Positions 1-13,200 of a DNA stretch of 64,000 nt are shown in pieces. Origin of the DNA: Chrysomallon squamiferum (Eukaryota > Animalia > Mollusca); NCBI GenBank assembly GCA_012295275.1, contig CM022679.1:6076001-6140000 (forward strand), in the 5' to 3' direction. The translations under genes were made by a program, and so were the position numbers. Numbering within the stretch: position 1 is the stretch's first letter; every line of letters starts with the position of its first letter. The notes beneath the pieces were generated by a model. It did no database searches, was not told the DNA's origin, and was given only the letters and a program-made list of their open reading frames with translations.

Positions 1-279
1 ATGAAGTCTGACGGGTGAAAGCGGCTTTATAGAGTTTTATATGATTTCTTTATATGACTTTCTTTTTTTTTTTTTTTTATTGAACGAAACTTCAGACTTC
101 TGAATATTAAAAGATAGAAGAAAGACAACTCTAGTTGGATCATGCCTCTCTATACTGGTTCAGAAGATGATAATCGTGTGAATAGAGGAATTGCTATATG
201 CACCAGTTATTCATGGCACGTATTGGTTTGTTGATGACTTAAGTTTTCTCAGGTACTGATAATTATTTGGCTGACAATT

Positions 280-677
280 ATGAAGTGTCGCATACGCCAC
301 GTAATTACAGTTTTAACATTACTGGGACTCTTATGGCTGGTGCATATTAGCGTTGTATTTTTTCAACAAGCAGTCGAAATTATTATATACAATGAAGAGG
401 AAACTGATGAAAATAAATCCATTGGTGCAGATTTGGAATTTTTGAAAGTACCACGATACAGGAAGACCAAAAGTGATGGACTCCAAAATATTCCAGTCTT
501 TATTGTTGAAGAACATCACGAAGGTTAATTTAGATTTAATATATATGATAATTTATATTAAGTTTGGGCTATACTGTACATAAATCGATACCATTTTTAC
601 TAATGATTTTTCCTTTGTAATGAATTTCTTTTCATTATGGAAGGTTTTTAACAATGGACATAAAAAAAAAAAAAAAA

Positions 678-718
<41 letters not shown>

Positions 719-3700
719 TAATAATAATAAAAATAAAAATAAAATAATAATAATAAAACAATTCTCTAACAGTAAATGTATTAAATGTTCTAATTTTCTT
801 ATTCTTATTCTTATTCTTATTATTTTTAGTATTGAGATACTGGTTTGGTTCTGCAGCAGAGGGACTGATTCCAAAAGAGAGAAATACTTTGGTAAGTGTA
901 ATGTTGGAATCTGTTGTTATTGTTATTTTTTATTATTATTATTTCATTATTTATTTAATTATTTTTATTTTGTTATTTTTATTTATTTATTTATTTATTA
1001 TTTTGTAGCTGTTAATATAATGTGTGATCTGATTAGGAATGATCCCTCAGATTCACTAGCTATTTTCTGTCAGCGAATTGTAAAAAGTCCTTACTACTGA
1101 TGAAAAATATACAAATAAAGTATGGCTGTTATTTTTCTGTTATCTGTGTTGTTTTTAATCCTATGTGTGGGAACATAAGACTGTTTAAAATATTTGTCAT
1201 AAACCAGCATTTTTATCTAGCACATACATGTGGAGAGACATGATACTGGGCCAAAAAAGGAGGACAAAGTTGTTAAAAATAAAAAGCTTAAAATGATTAA
1301 AAACTAGTTGAGATATTAGATAAAACTTGTTTTCAACTAATACTAAGCAAAAGTTGTCATTTTCTTGTTCACTTGACTGTAGTGAGGGTGTGAAATCAGG
1401 CAAAAACTGTTGGTTAAATAAGTTAAAAGATGACATTTTAATCCAGTAATACAATGAATAAATTGATTTAATGAGATGTATATTGATGTAATTGGTGTGT
1501 TGTGGTATCTCATTTCAATGTAATTGAGAGATTAAAAAAAAAATTCACATCTCATATGGTAGTATGGCAATAAAGTTGTGGACACTGTAACTTACAACAT
1601 ATGCCGAATTTAACTTTTTGAGGGGAAAGCAATAATAACAAATGGCCTTTTCTTTTCCCATGTCAGAGTTTGTTTCTGAAACAGAAAGAGATGCAAAGAA
1701 AAACTAGAAGTATGCTTTTCAAATAACGGTTTAGCAGTATAATATGTTGTAAGTTACAAGACACCAAAAAGTCATCATCCATAAAAATGAATAACATAAT
1801 CCAGAAATATAACAACAATATGTGAAACAGTCTTCAGTTTTATTTCAGTTTCACTTCTTTAAAAAAATACTGGCTGCGGGCATGATTGTTGGTGGCTTCA
1901 GTGCCTGAACATCTTTCAACGAAACCCAGGACACATTGTCAAGTTCAGGAAAGCTGTAATAATTGCCCCTCTTCTTCAAAAACTGAACTTTTACTTCATA
2001 TCTGACATTTTGAAAAACCTTAAAAGAGATCTTAAAACTTGCTAATTAGTTAAATACTGGGCTGAATTTACAATGCACCAATTCGTAAATGAATGTGTAG
2101 TTACACTTGTGCAAGTCAAACACAGTCTGTGTAAATCTGGCCCATAACATTTAGGTAACTTGCTGTTCCATTGAAAAACAGCAAAGGATTCTTGCCATTT
2201 CTGTTAAAACCTACACTCACCCAACTACCCAGTGGGAAGATCTGAAACCAGATACATTTCCTTGTTATTTCAACTACAGACAAAAGAATGAAGCATAGGA
2301 AAATCAACTAAGGAAACAACTAATTAAAAGGGGAAAAAAAAAAGAATAGCCTTTTGTAAAGAGTCTGGATATTGCTAAACATAGTGGAATACAAGATAGG
2401 CAAAATTTTATTCCGTGCATTGTTAATGTAAATAATATAAAATATTAAAGTTCAAGTAAGAAATATTTTGATATTTATCATATATATATATATATCAAAA
2501 TATTTCTTGCTTGAACTTTAATATTTTATATTATTTACATTAACAATGCACGGAATAAAATTTTACCTATCTTGTATATATATAACAAGTAGAATGTTTC
2601 ATTTGTCTGGCACTTCATCAAGAAATCACTCAGCAACAGGGCATATAGAAAGGTCGTATCGGCATTAGCATCCTACTGGAAAACAAAAAGTTGAGCTATT
2701 TGAGGACACAGAAACACAATCAGTTGATATTAACAAAATGTGTCTCAAAAAGTACTTAATTTAGAACAAGCAGCACAATTGTAATGCTCAGTTTAAATAA
2801 AAATAGTAAATGTACATTCAAAAACAGAAGAAAGGTTACATCCCAGAATCAAGCAATAACAAAACATAAAAATATTTATTTTTCTTACTAATTGGAATAA
2901 AAAATGTTACAAGTAAATTGCACACAGTGTAAAATTATACATACCTTGCTATGTTTGAGTAAACTGGTGATATTCCATTCACCAGTAATGTCAGCATAAA
3001 CGTCTGTGCACACTTGACAGAAGCAGCTCCTTTCTCAGTTACTGATGATTATATGGTTTCACCATCCTAAGACAGTGCTGATGTTTTGTCTGCTGTAGAG
3101 GTTTCCATTGATGTCCACACTTTCTATGAAGCAGAAGGATCGCTTGTAGTGGACGTGACCATCTTCTTTAATCAGGTGATCACAGCAGTACAAGAAGAAT
3201 TCCTCAGCAGTGCCAATTTCTGCTCTCCTTTCCTTGATGCGCTGATTAAAAACTTTCTTTAGAGTACCAAACTCCTGGTCACGTGGTCCTTTGCCATGCC
3301 GTGTCCCAAAGAAATGTCATTCACAATGAACCCATAAGTCTTTAAAATCAAACCCTAAGTTGCAGAAGGCAGACTTGTTCTTGTATTGTGTAGGTGCTCC
3401 ATTAGAGAAATACACAACTTTTTGCACGGAGACACCGAGTTTAAGTAGAACATCCATTGTCGACAAGTTGAATGCATGGACAGCATCATGACAATGTTTC
3501 AGGTCAAGTTACAAAAATTAATGATTTGTCATCAGGTTACAGTCATCTTCAGGACACCTGTATGAGGGAACATTGGCATGGAGTGTCACCAAATCATGTC
3601 CCCAATGTGCTCCCTGAGCTTCATCCTTGTATCAACATGAAGAACTCTGCAAAATCCTGGCAGATGACAACCCAGCCTGCTGATACATCACTGGAGACCA

Positions 3701-6700
3701 CATCATACTGTTTGCCTTGCCATCTGGCACTGAAGAGGTGTTTTGATATGCTGGCTGCCTCTTCCATCAGTTCTTTGACAAAATCAGGAGCCAGTAGGGT
3801 TTTTCTCTATCTAGTCAGCTTCTTCTTGGTGAGACCTTTATGGATATATGTAGTGTTTTCCCACTCAAAGAAAACCACTTGTTGTTCAGTGTGGGTCTCA
3901 TGTAGAGGACATAGCTTAATTTCAATGGCAGATGTCCCACAGGCTGTGCATTTCCTTTCAAGCCATGACATCTTGTACTCACCATCATCACTTCTTGGAT
4001 GCAGAGTTGATTGGGACAGGTTGTATCTATCTTTGTATGTTTAATTGTGTAAATGCTGAGATGCTGCAAAGTGACCAGTCCCCTCAAGTTTGAGATCAAC
4101 ATTTGCGCAATACTTGGAGAGGCAGTTCTCTTTTCTTGTGTGTGTTGAAAGCATGACATCTTCAGGTCTCAGCTGCCCAAATTTTGTCTTTGAAATGACT
4201 GTAAGTGTATTTTCTGATCTAAACATTTCATACACTGCTGTCATTGACATATCCATCACCCACCTTGCCACAGGATACTCATCCTTGAATCCTTTCTTTG
4301 CACTTTGCACTATAAAACTATAAAACTGCTAACATTTCACTTAAAGTTTGTACTTGCAAACAGAGAAGTAGATATAGACTGTGGATGTACACTCATTTCT
4401 ATCACTGATGTTTTGTTTGTTGACAATGAGAATAAAATAATTTATTACATGTTATTCATTTTACAATTATGACAAACAGCTACAATGATTTGGTTCCAGA
4501 AATTGAAAAAGAATTTTGTCATGTATCTCAGTATTGTTTCATTTATGCCTTGTGTTTCAAGGGTTAGATGAAATATATTAAAATACATTGTTTTTAAATA
4601 TTAATTTTGAATTTTATTAATTTATTTACAGTTGCATATTGATGGCCATGCTGATACTGCAATTCCACACATGCAAAACATCATTCCTTTGTACCGTCAA
4701 CCAACATCAAGAAAAGAAATTTATAACATGATGCAGAGAAATGATGTTTTTATTGTTGTAAGTTTTCAAATGAAGAGGATATTTTTAGAACTGATATATA
4801 TATATAAATGCATTACTACTGAAAGATTGTGAAAAAACCTGATATTAAACTAACAAAACCTGACAAAAAGTTATTTTTAAAGACAAATATTTTCCATCAT
4901 GCTAGTCAAGATAGTGACACCATTAAATTATATTAATAATTATTTCAGTTACCAAGCTGAAAACTATTGTTCACAAGGAATAATGAATAAGAGTAACACA
5001 TTTTTTTTTTTGCCTAATTTTTGTATGGAAAAAGATTTATTTTCTCAAAAGTAATTAATGATAAATAATGTAATATACTTTATCACTTAAAATGTATGTA
5101 TTGCCTATTAAGATGTATTTGTCTTCAAATGGAATTAGAAATAAAATAAAGGGTTTTCTAAAACAAAAAAAATATTAAACAGAATCCAAAATTAAATATT
5201 CTAACTTTTTCTTTGAATCTACTCAAAATAAGAATATCTGCTCTTAGATCCTTGCAGACTTAAAATGTTTATGCCTAAGGAATACTGTTGCAAGGAAAAG
5301 AAAATATTAAAGCTAACTTATAAGTTTGTTTGTTTTAGACAGCAGCTTTAGGAAAATTGATTAATCGATACATTTGGATATGGCCTCCTTGGGATAAGTC
5401 AAACCATGAAAGAGATCATGATGTGTATGAAATCAAGGCTGGACTTGTCAAAGGAAACAATTCTACCACACTCTGCTGCTGTGGCAGATCTCGTTTTAAC
5501 AGCAGTGACCATTTCTGTATTCAGAGCAACAAGACAGATGCAGATTCCTATTTTAATATAAACAGGTAGAGAATTATTATTATTTTTTTTTTTTAAACAT
5601 TTTGTGTTTCATAATCAGCAGATGCTGCACTTTTTTCATGTTACTTTTAAAAATATTTAACTTTTTGTTTTTTAGCAGCCAACGTATTAGGGTAATAGAG
5701 GCAAAAAATCAATACCAAAATACCAGAATTAATGAGTTAACAACTTTTGTTACTTCATGATTCCTTTTGGTAAAGTACTCAGAATTTGTAGTTGTAATAT
5801 ATAGTACACGTATATTTGAAAAGTAAAAAAAAAAATCGGAATATGATAGTTGTTTTTCATTATAAGCATTATTAACAAAATCTTTTATTAGCTATTATAT
5901 TATTAAAAATAATCAAATAACAAAGGTAAAATATTAATATTTTTTTAATAATAGGAATGACTGTAACTTGATATCATCAGGAATTGTGGAAATCATCTCA
6001 GAAAGTAAGGCTATGGATTTGCTTATGAAGGGTGACTGGATAACACAACAGGAAGATGTGATTTTGGACATAGATGAAGATTATTATGGTTGTGAAACTA
6101 TTTTAAAGACCCTTGACAATGTTGACATTCCAGCAAAACAAATCAAAAAGATCTCTGAACAGATCCAGTTTGTTTTCTGTCCTATGTCAGTGACTCAGGA
6201 AACTCAAGCAGACACCATTTTTCACACACTGCTTCAGATACTAATTGAAATGAAATCTGAGTGCACAAAGAAAGGTTTACAAAATAGTTGTGATGATCAG
6301 CAGATACACAATGCTGTGGTTGGCATGATGCCTGACATCTTGGACACAATATATCAAGATAATGTGGAGGATATGCTTTGCAATGGAAAAGAGATCAAAA
6401 TGAATGCCTTAATGCTTCAGAATTTACTTGACTCTTTGGCAGGATTAACAATACCTCAGTTTAAACAACTAGATGAAGTTGGAATTTGTTTAGAGACTGC
6501 AGTATCTTCTTTTATTGATTTTTCTGATGGTATACATATCTGCCATGGATCAAATTCCCCTAATGACACAGTTGTTCTTCATCATTCTCCAACACCTAAA
6601 GAGATTCAGGAGAGAACTAGAAATCTTCACACACTTCTTCATTCCAAGTCTTTTACACCAAGTATAATAACAATTTGCAGATCAGTTAGAGATGATTACA

Positions 6701-6843
6701 CTCCACGCAGTTACTTCCACAAAATTGAAGGGGACATTCTTAAAGTTCTTCATGAATCATTTCCAGATGTTCACTGGGCAACAGTTTTTTATGACAAACA
6801 TTTATTAGGAGGTAAAAAGGGTTGGCCAAGTCGGCATCACTAA
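280..6843 (+). CDS. UPF0489 / C5orf22-family protein (arginase/deacetylase-like metal motifs) with N-terminal signal anchor, ~515 aa; exons 280..523, 830..891, 4632..4757, 5339..5565, 5955..6843
   Basis: All introns are GT-AG and phases match (1548 nt joined). Translation gives IPVFIVEEHHEVLRYW, NTLLHIDGHAD, MQRNDVFIV, WIWPPW, ILDIDEDYYGC and ITICRSVRDDYTP, matching the UPF0489 motif series (HH, HxDxHxD, DIDxDY, RS..D.Y.P). Hydrophobic stretch at aa ~8-29. Confidence 0.85.
662..756 (+). repeat. poly-A plus (AAT)n microsatellite, intron 1 of UPF0489 gene
   Basis: Read directly; accounts for the spurious poly-N and poly-L ORFs here. Confidence 0.9.
1845..4310 (-). mobile_element. Degenerate Sola2-like DDD DNA transposon (transposase pseudogene) in intron 2 of the UPF0489 gene
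   Basis: Minus-strand fragments in transposase order: ICQDFAEF/[frameshift]YKDEAQGAHW (~3600-3670), VVYFSNGAPTQYKNK (~3375-3420; catalytic D>N), E*HFFGTRHGKGPRD (~3280-3325; W>stop), RSCFCQVC (~3005-3035), GSWVSVGF (~2210-2240), FLKKRGNYYSFPELDNVSW (~1925-1985). Ends and TIRs not determined. Confidence 0.7.
2389..2577. repeat. Long near-perfect inverted repeat (~86-bp arms) around a (TA)n spacer; foldback/MITE-like
   Basis: Arm 2389..2474 is the reverse complement of 2492..2577 with two mismatches seen by eye. Confidence 0.9.
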
Positions 6844-9110
6844 TTTTAGTCATTTAAACAACATACTTTGCTATGTAAAAGTGATCTTTTTTTGTAAAGT
6901 ACTGGATTTGTGATTTGCTAAACATAAACACAACTAAATAATATTGCTTTCATTTTAATATCTTTCATGTTCTTTATACTTACTATATGCATAATCAAAA
7001 GTAATAATGGTAAAATAGTCTAGATAAAATTATAATGGATCAAAGTTATTTTTATATACATTCTTCATAAACATTGTTATATTAGATTTATTTTGTTTAT
7101 AATATTAATAAAGCAGTAGCTATCCCACCCCACCGATGTGATTTAATGTTTTAATCATGTTACATATCATAAACAAAGGATTATACATTTGTTACAAATG
7201 TAGAAAAAATTGCAGATGGGGCAGATCCAGAATTGTTATTTATTAGAACAAATAGAAAATTGTATACAGACTTTTAAACAAAAAAATCATATCATGAACA
7301 TTGGGTCCATATCCACTGACCAATTTGCAGATCCATTGCCTTCTTATGAAAAATAAGTTAATAGACCAAGAACTTTAATATATCAGAGGTGTGTGACAAT
7401 TTGATTTCTGTACAGAAATCTAAAAAGGAAGAATGCTGTCATTCATTAAATCCAATATACTGGCCAGTATGGAGTATCTTCATTAAACCTATAGATGTAT
7501 AACACAACAAGTTTTGTTAACAAATTATCTTTACTGAAATCCACAATGTGCAGTTAATAGTTTTGTTCATTTTATTCTTGATTCTTTTTGTTTGTTCAAA
7601 ATTTTGGTTTTATTTTAATTCCCAGAAAATCATTCATTTCAATTAGGGTAGCACTAAATCTGCATGTAAATAGTCAATTATTTAATTTCTTTTTTTCTAT
7701 CTCACAGTTGTGATTTACAAAATTTGCATCATTGTATTATGAGTTGTTCATTTAGTTCATTTATGATTTATCACAGAATCTGTATTTTATTTCAAATGTA
7801 TTTCTCAGAAGGAATTTATTGTTATGCATTTAGTTTCTTGATTGTTTTTTGTTATTTATAAAATTGGGTGTAAATTATGAAAACAAAAACATAATAAAGT
7901 TGTTCGTTATGAAGGTTTTTTTTAATTCTTTTTCTTATACAGAATAAAATAATGTCTATGACATTTAATATTTTCTCAGTTCATTTCAGTTTTATTATAT
8001 AATTTTATTTTATTTTTTTAAATGAAATAAAATATCATATATTATTCATTCATCTACTTTCATTTGCAGGCAGCTGAAATGTCTGAATTATAGGTTGTTG
8101 CCAGATATTTAAAAAAGCAGTTTCCAACTGATAATATAAAAAAATAGAATTAGTTTGGCCATGATATGAATTTTTGTATATGTCTAGGTAATTTGCATTC
8201 TAATTAAAAAGCATACCTTTCTTTTATATTTAGAATCACATGATAATAATAATAAAATAAAAAGAAAGTTTTCTGGATTTATGTTAATTGTTAAACCAAA
8301 GATGACGATCATCGTAATAATTACAAAAGTATAATTAATTAAAACTCAGATTGTTAATGAATGTTAATTGTACTAAATAATAAATACCCCCTTATTTATA
8401 TTTTTAATACAATGTATTTCAGTATAAAAAAAACAAAACAATATTGAGTTCTTCTTGCAAGTTGAAGCATCACTTACTGCATTAAAAATTTCATACTCGT
8501 AGCTGAGTACATGAAACAGCTGAGATGATAAAAATAATATATATTCAGATCTTGTGTATAAATTTACTTTCTTTTTAGCATTATTGATTAGATATGTTAT
8601 TCTTTATGCATAAAATATATGCACATACAAATGTGTTTTGGTTGTTAAAGCATAATTATGTGAATAACGACAGTCAAAACAAAATTCTTGTATAAATTAA
8701 AGTTCAGTTGCAAATGTACTTATCCTCTTGTATTAAAAATATGCATAAATAATTTATTTTATTGACAACGTTAAAAAGTTTACTTAGCATATTAAAGTCT
8801 GTTTCTGTGTAATTAACTAGGCACCAACATTTGCTTATAATAAAATGCAACAGGCTGTCATTTTTCCTTCATTTTAATTCTGTACAACTTTATATGATAA
8901 TTTATTATATATCAATGTTTCCTAATAAATAAATTCATTTTTATTTTCTTACAATTCATACATGGAAACTGATATTTCTTATTTATTATCAGTAATAAAC
9001 CACTTAAAATTGCTAAATTTCAGTCTAATAGATTCTTTATTTTTCCATGTATTCACTCTTTATTTTCATACTGTATAAAAGACTTATGTCACATTCAAAT
9101 AAACAGTAAA

Positions 9111-9144
<34 letters not shown>

Positions 9145-10247
9145 CATATAAATTATATTGTTGGTTATTACAACAATAGGTGGTTCTGAAATTATACTCA
9201 TGAAAAACCTATAACAATAATTAAAATTTGGAAGGTGTAAATATTTGCAACAAAAAAATATAATTTCATTAACCAATAAGAATATAACATTTGTACTATC
9301 TGTATTATAATAAATAACTGATGCTCATGATCTTAGAAAATTTAGTCCCTGAATTTCATTAAAGTGGAAAGTTCTGAAATGATAGAGATTTATAATAAAG
9401 AATAAAAACTCATTAAAATGGAACACAATCTAAATTTTAAAGTTAAATGGCAACAGAAAATGTAAAGTTTATATTAAATTTATAATAACAAGAATTATAT
9501 TTCTTCCAAGTTCATTTCTTCAAATTCAGAATAAAAAAAATAGTAACAAGTACTAGAACTAATACATAAATACTGAAACATAAAAAGTGTTACATTTGGA
9601 ACAGGAAAATATTTTTTACAAAACTTTGGTCCAAGTATCAACTTTTACATCCCCCCCCCACCAAAAAATAAAAATATAAAGAAAGGCATTTCAGAAAATT
9701 AAAGGCCTCACTTTAAAAAAAAATATAGAGTAAATGACACCATTTTGTAAATGAATCTTAAAACCTTTAACTTGCACAACCTAATTATAAACAATATATG
9801 ATCATTTTCTGTTATGTTTTGGTTTTAACTGTTTATCTGGAAATAACCTAACGCACTACTGATCTAAGATCAATAACTTTTGATTGCAATTTCCTATTCC
9901 AGTCAGTGTCCCATGTCCATAAAAAAGCCTTGAAAACTCCCAGCATAATTATATTACTTAACAGCCCTCAGTAAATATGTCTTAGTGGTTTTTGTTAAAA
10001 AAAAAGTTTATAAATGTTTTACTTGATATAAATATATAAATCATCTTTTAAAAAAACAGCATCCCCACACACACACGCACACACTAATTATAATGAAAGG
10101 CACATTATGTTTCAACATTATGGTACAATTTTAAAACTATATCAATATTAATTTCATTAATATTTTCTAACTCATGTAAAAAGTTCATCCATCTGAAAAG
10201 GCATTCAAGAGCTAAAATGTTAACCTTTTTAACAATCATGTCCACTG

Positions 10248-13200
10248 TTACAGCCTACGAGATCTCATAGGTCTGCAAATCCGTATCAGAAACACTGTGA
10301 CTGCCAGAACTAGTGCACCAATGTAACAGTACAGCAAAGTGTATCTGTGAGGTAGCCACAATATGTTAAACTTCAGTTTGCCATCTTTGTCTGAAACACA
10401 ATTGAATACCATATTATTTATTTTCCAAAATAAAAATCAATTAAAATTGAAAATTGAAATTCTATGATATTTATATAGTGAAAGATTTAAAAAAAAAAAA
10501 AAATGTTAATTAATAAATAAATAAATAAATAAATTAATTAATAATAATAAACAAACAAAAAAATGAAATAACTCACACCCATCTAAATATCTACTTATCT
10601 TTTTAAATATAACTATTGTAAATTTTTGTACTTTAGTTCTATTCAAATTGTTTATTGGTTGCATATTTTTCTAGATACTGTCAAAGAACTTTAGGGAATT
10701 TTTTCAAATAGCTCAGAAAGTGACATTATGGTAAATCATATGGTGTAGTCAATGAAAAAATGTATATAATATTTTAATAATCTGTGTTGTGTTAAGAAAA
10801 AGATATTTTGTTTTAACCATAGAAATCTGTGTTAACCAAATTATACAAATAAAACAGTATACCAAATCAATGTTTGACACTGCATCTTCAGCTCAAAAAA
10901 ATAATGTAACTATATTCCCTATGTATAGTTTCAGTTCTCAATATATATATTATATATTTCAGAAATAATAAATACTTACTTATGATTAATATACCATAAC
11001 CCATATCTTCTTTTCCCATTCTGTAGCTGCAGGAAGGCACCATTAATTCGTGTATAGCTAATGGTATCTTAATGTCAAGTTCAACATAACTGTCCTTATT
11101 CAAGTCGTGTCGTTGTACTGGCCAGTAATCACTGAATCTATTTTCACCCAAACAGTCAGCACAGTAGTAATGAACTGCCTGGAAATAACAATAACAATAA
11201 AAGTAAAAATATCAACAGCAACGTCACAAAAACAAACATACGCATGGCCATCAAAAGTCCATATATCGATACATCCTAACAGTTTTCTTTTTTAAGGTAC
11301 ATAATTCACTGGATGTAAGATTAAAATACCTGTAACGAGTGTTTTCTTTTTGTTTTTTTTAATAGAGTTCAAAAAAAATTGAATAAGAATTAAATATCAT
11401 TAAACTTCTAAGACAATAAAATAATAATAATTTTCATAAGATTTTAAAGAATTCTTTAACACCAACATTTCTATTTTGACTGAATTTAATTTTAAAAATT
11501 AACAAAATAATATGTATCTAAATTAGTTTCATTTCCAAACACCTTTTGACAAAAAATAAAATAACAATAAGTGTTTAGATTATTTAGAATAAAAATAACA
11601 CATTGAACTTTTATTATAAAGGTAGCACAAAATGTTACATATCATGTTTCAGCTGATTATAATTTATAATTTACATATATTTTATCATATTTATAAATAG
11701 TATTTGATTTGTTCAGTATTTTCAACACTTCTTTCCAGATTTTTTACATTTCAATTAATTAAATTAATTTATGAAGTACTTTACCTCATGCCAATGTCCA
11801 GTCAGTATCAAATTTGGCATTGTTAGTCTCAAAACCTAATTAAATGAAAAAGTATAAAATAAATATATAAAATAAAAAACCAACATTTAAAATAAACAAA
11901 CAATAAAAATTGTTAAAATGATATGCATAAATATATAAAATATTATTAGATGCTTTTTTTAATGTTTAATTTTATATGGATATATAATAAACGTAATATG
12001 AAGAAATTGTTTATCAATTTTTAAACATACTTCAATTTTATTTTATACTGATAAGCCAATTACATCTAATATCAATATATATTTTTTTTAAATAATAGTA
12101 AACCTTAATCTATGAGGAAAAAATATCATTAAACAACTTATTTCATAGAGGTATATTATTTTAAAGAGAAACAAATGTAACAATCATATGAATGTATAAT
12201 AATTATATATTTAGGTTATTTATTTTGCACTAAACTCATGTACACTTTCATAATAACTTCCTGTTGTTTTGTTGTTTAAAATGCTCTTTAATTAATATAT
12301 TATCTGTAACAAAGTTTAATATTTATACTAACTGGATGTATGAAGAATTTCATCTTTGGCAATAATGTATCATGGTTGATGATAAACTTAAGAGGGGCAG
12401 ATGACTGTTGATTTACTTGTGCAATCAATTTAATCACCGACTGTGGCATTTCGTGGTGAAACTGAAGATCTAGCTGTAACAAATCAACAAATATCATGAA
12501 TAATAATTATCTTTTTCAAGGATAAACAAACTTTGGTAAATAAGCAAGAATTAGCCTCTGAAATATTAGAAAGGAAAAAAACTATACAGAAAATAAAATG
12601 TCAAACCATAATAGAAAGAGAAATAGGTACTATGAATCTTATCAAACCTAAATAAATTAAATTTGATTTTGTCATATTTCTGCTTATTTGTCAGACTGGA
12701 CATTTATTAGTTTAATCTACTTGTTCTCTATAGTGTAGAATATATAGAAAACCACTATCAAAATGTTTTCATAAACTGACAGTTTATTAGTCACTGATCC
12801 GGCAACTGCATTTTACTGTGAATAGATGCTTATTTTACAACACAGGATACTATAATAATTTTTTTTCTTTTGGTTTAGTGCAGAAAGGATGAAATCAAAT
12901 TCTTGACTGGAATTTACTCTTTTGTGTTCTTAAATGAAATTGACCTTGATCAAATGTCTAAATTAAACAAAATATCTTATGAATATACTTTCAAAAATAT
13001 TGAAAATTATAATTTTAGGTTTTACCTTAATGAAGTCAATAAATTCCACATTAACCACCCCAGTAATGTTTCCAAAGTTTTCTTCAAACCGCAAAGACTT
13101 CCACACTGTTCGGTAATCTCTCCCTTCACCACCAACATCATTGTCTCCAGGAATATGTATCACCTTTTTAGAAAACAAATATTAAATTAAAACCAAATTT

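Noticed and set aside
635-1100. ORFs with poly-K/N/L tracts
   Set aside because: Microsatellite read-through; only 830..891, in a different frame, is exonic.
3472-4323. + strand ORFs of 190 aa and 77 aa
   Set aside because: Antisense shadows of the transposase remnant.
6843-10248. Functional coupling of the two convergent secretory-pathway metal hydrolases
   Set aside because: Adjacency in an animal genome is not evidence without conserved microsynteny; 3' ends and any overlap cannot be defined from sequence alone.
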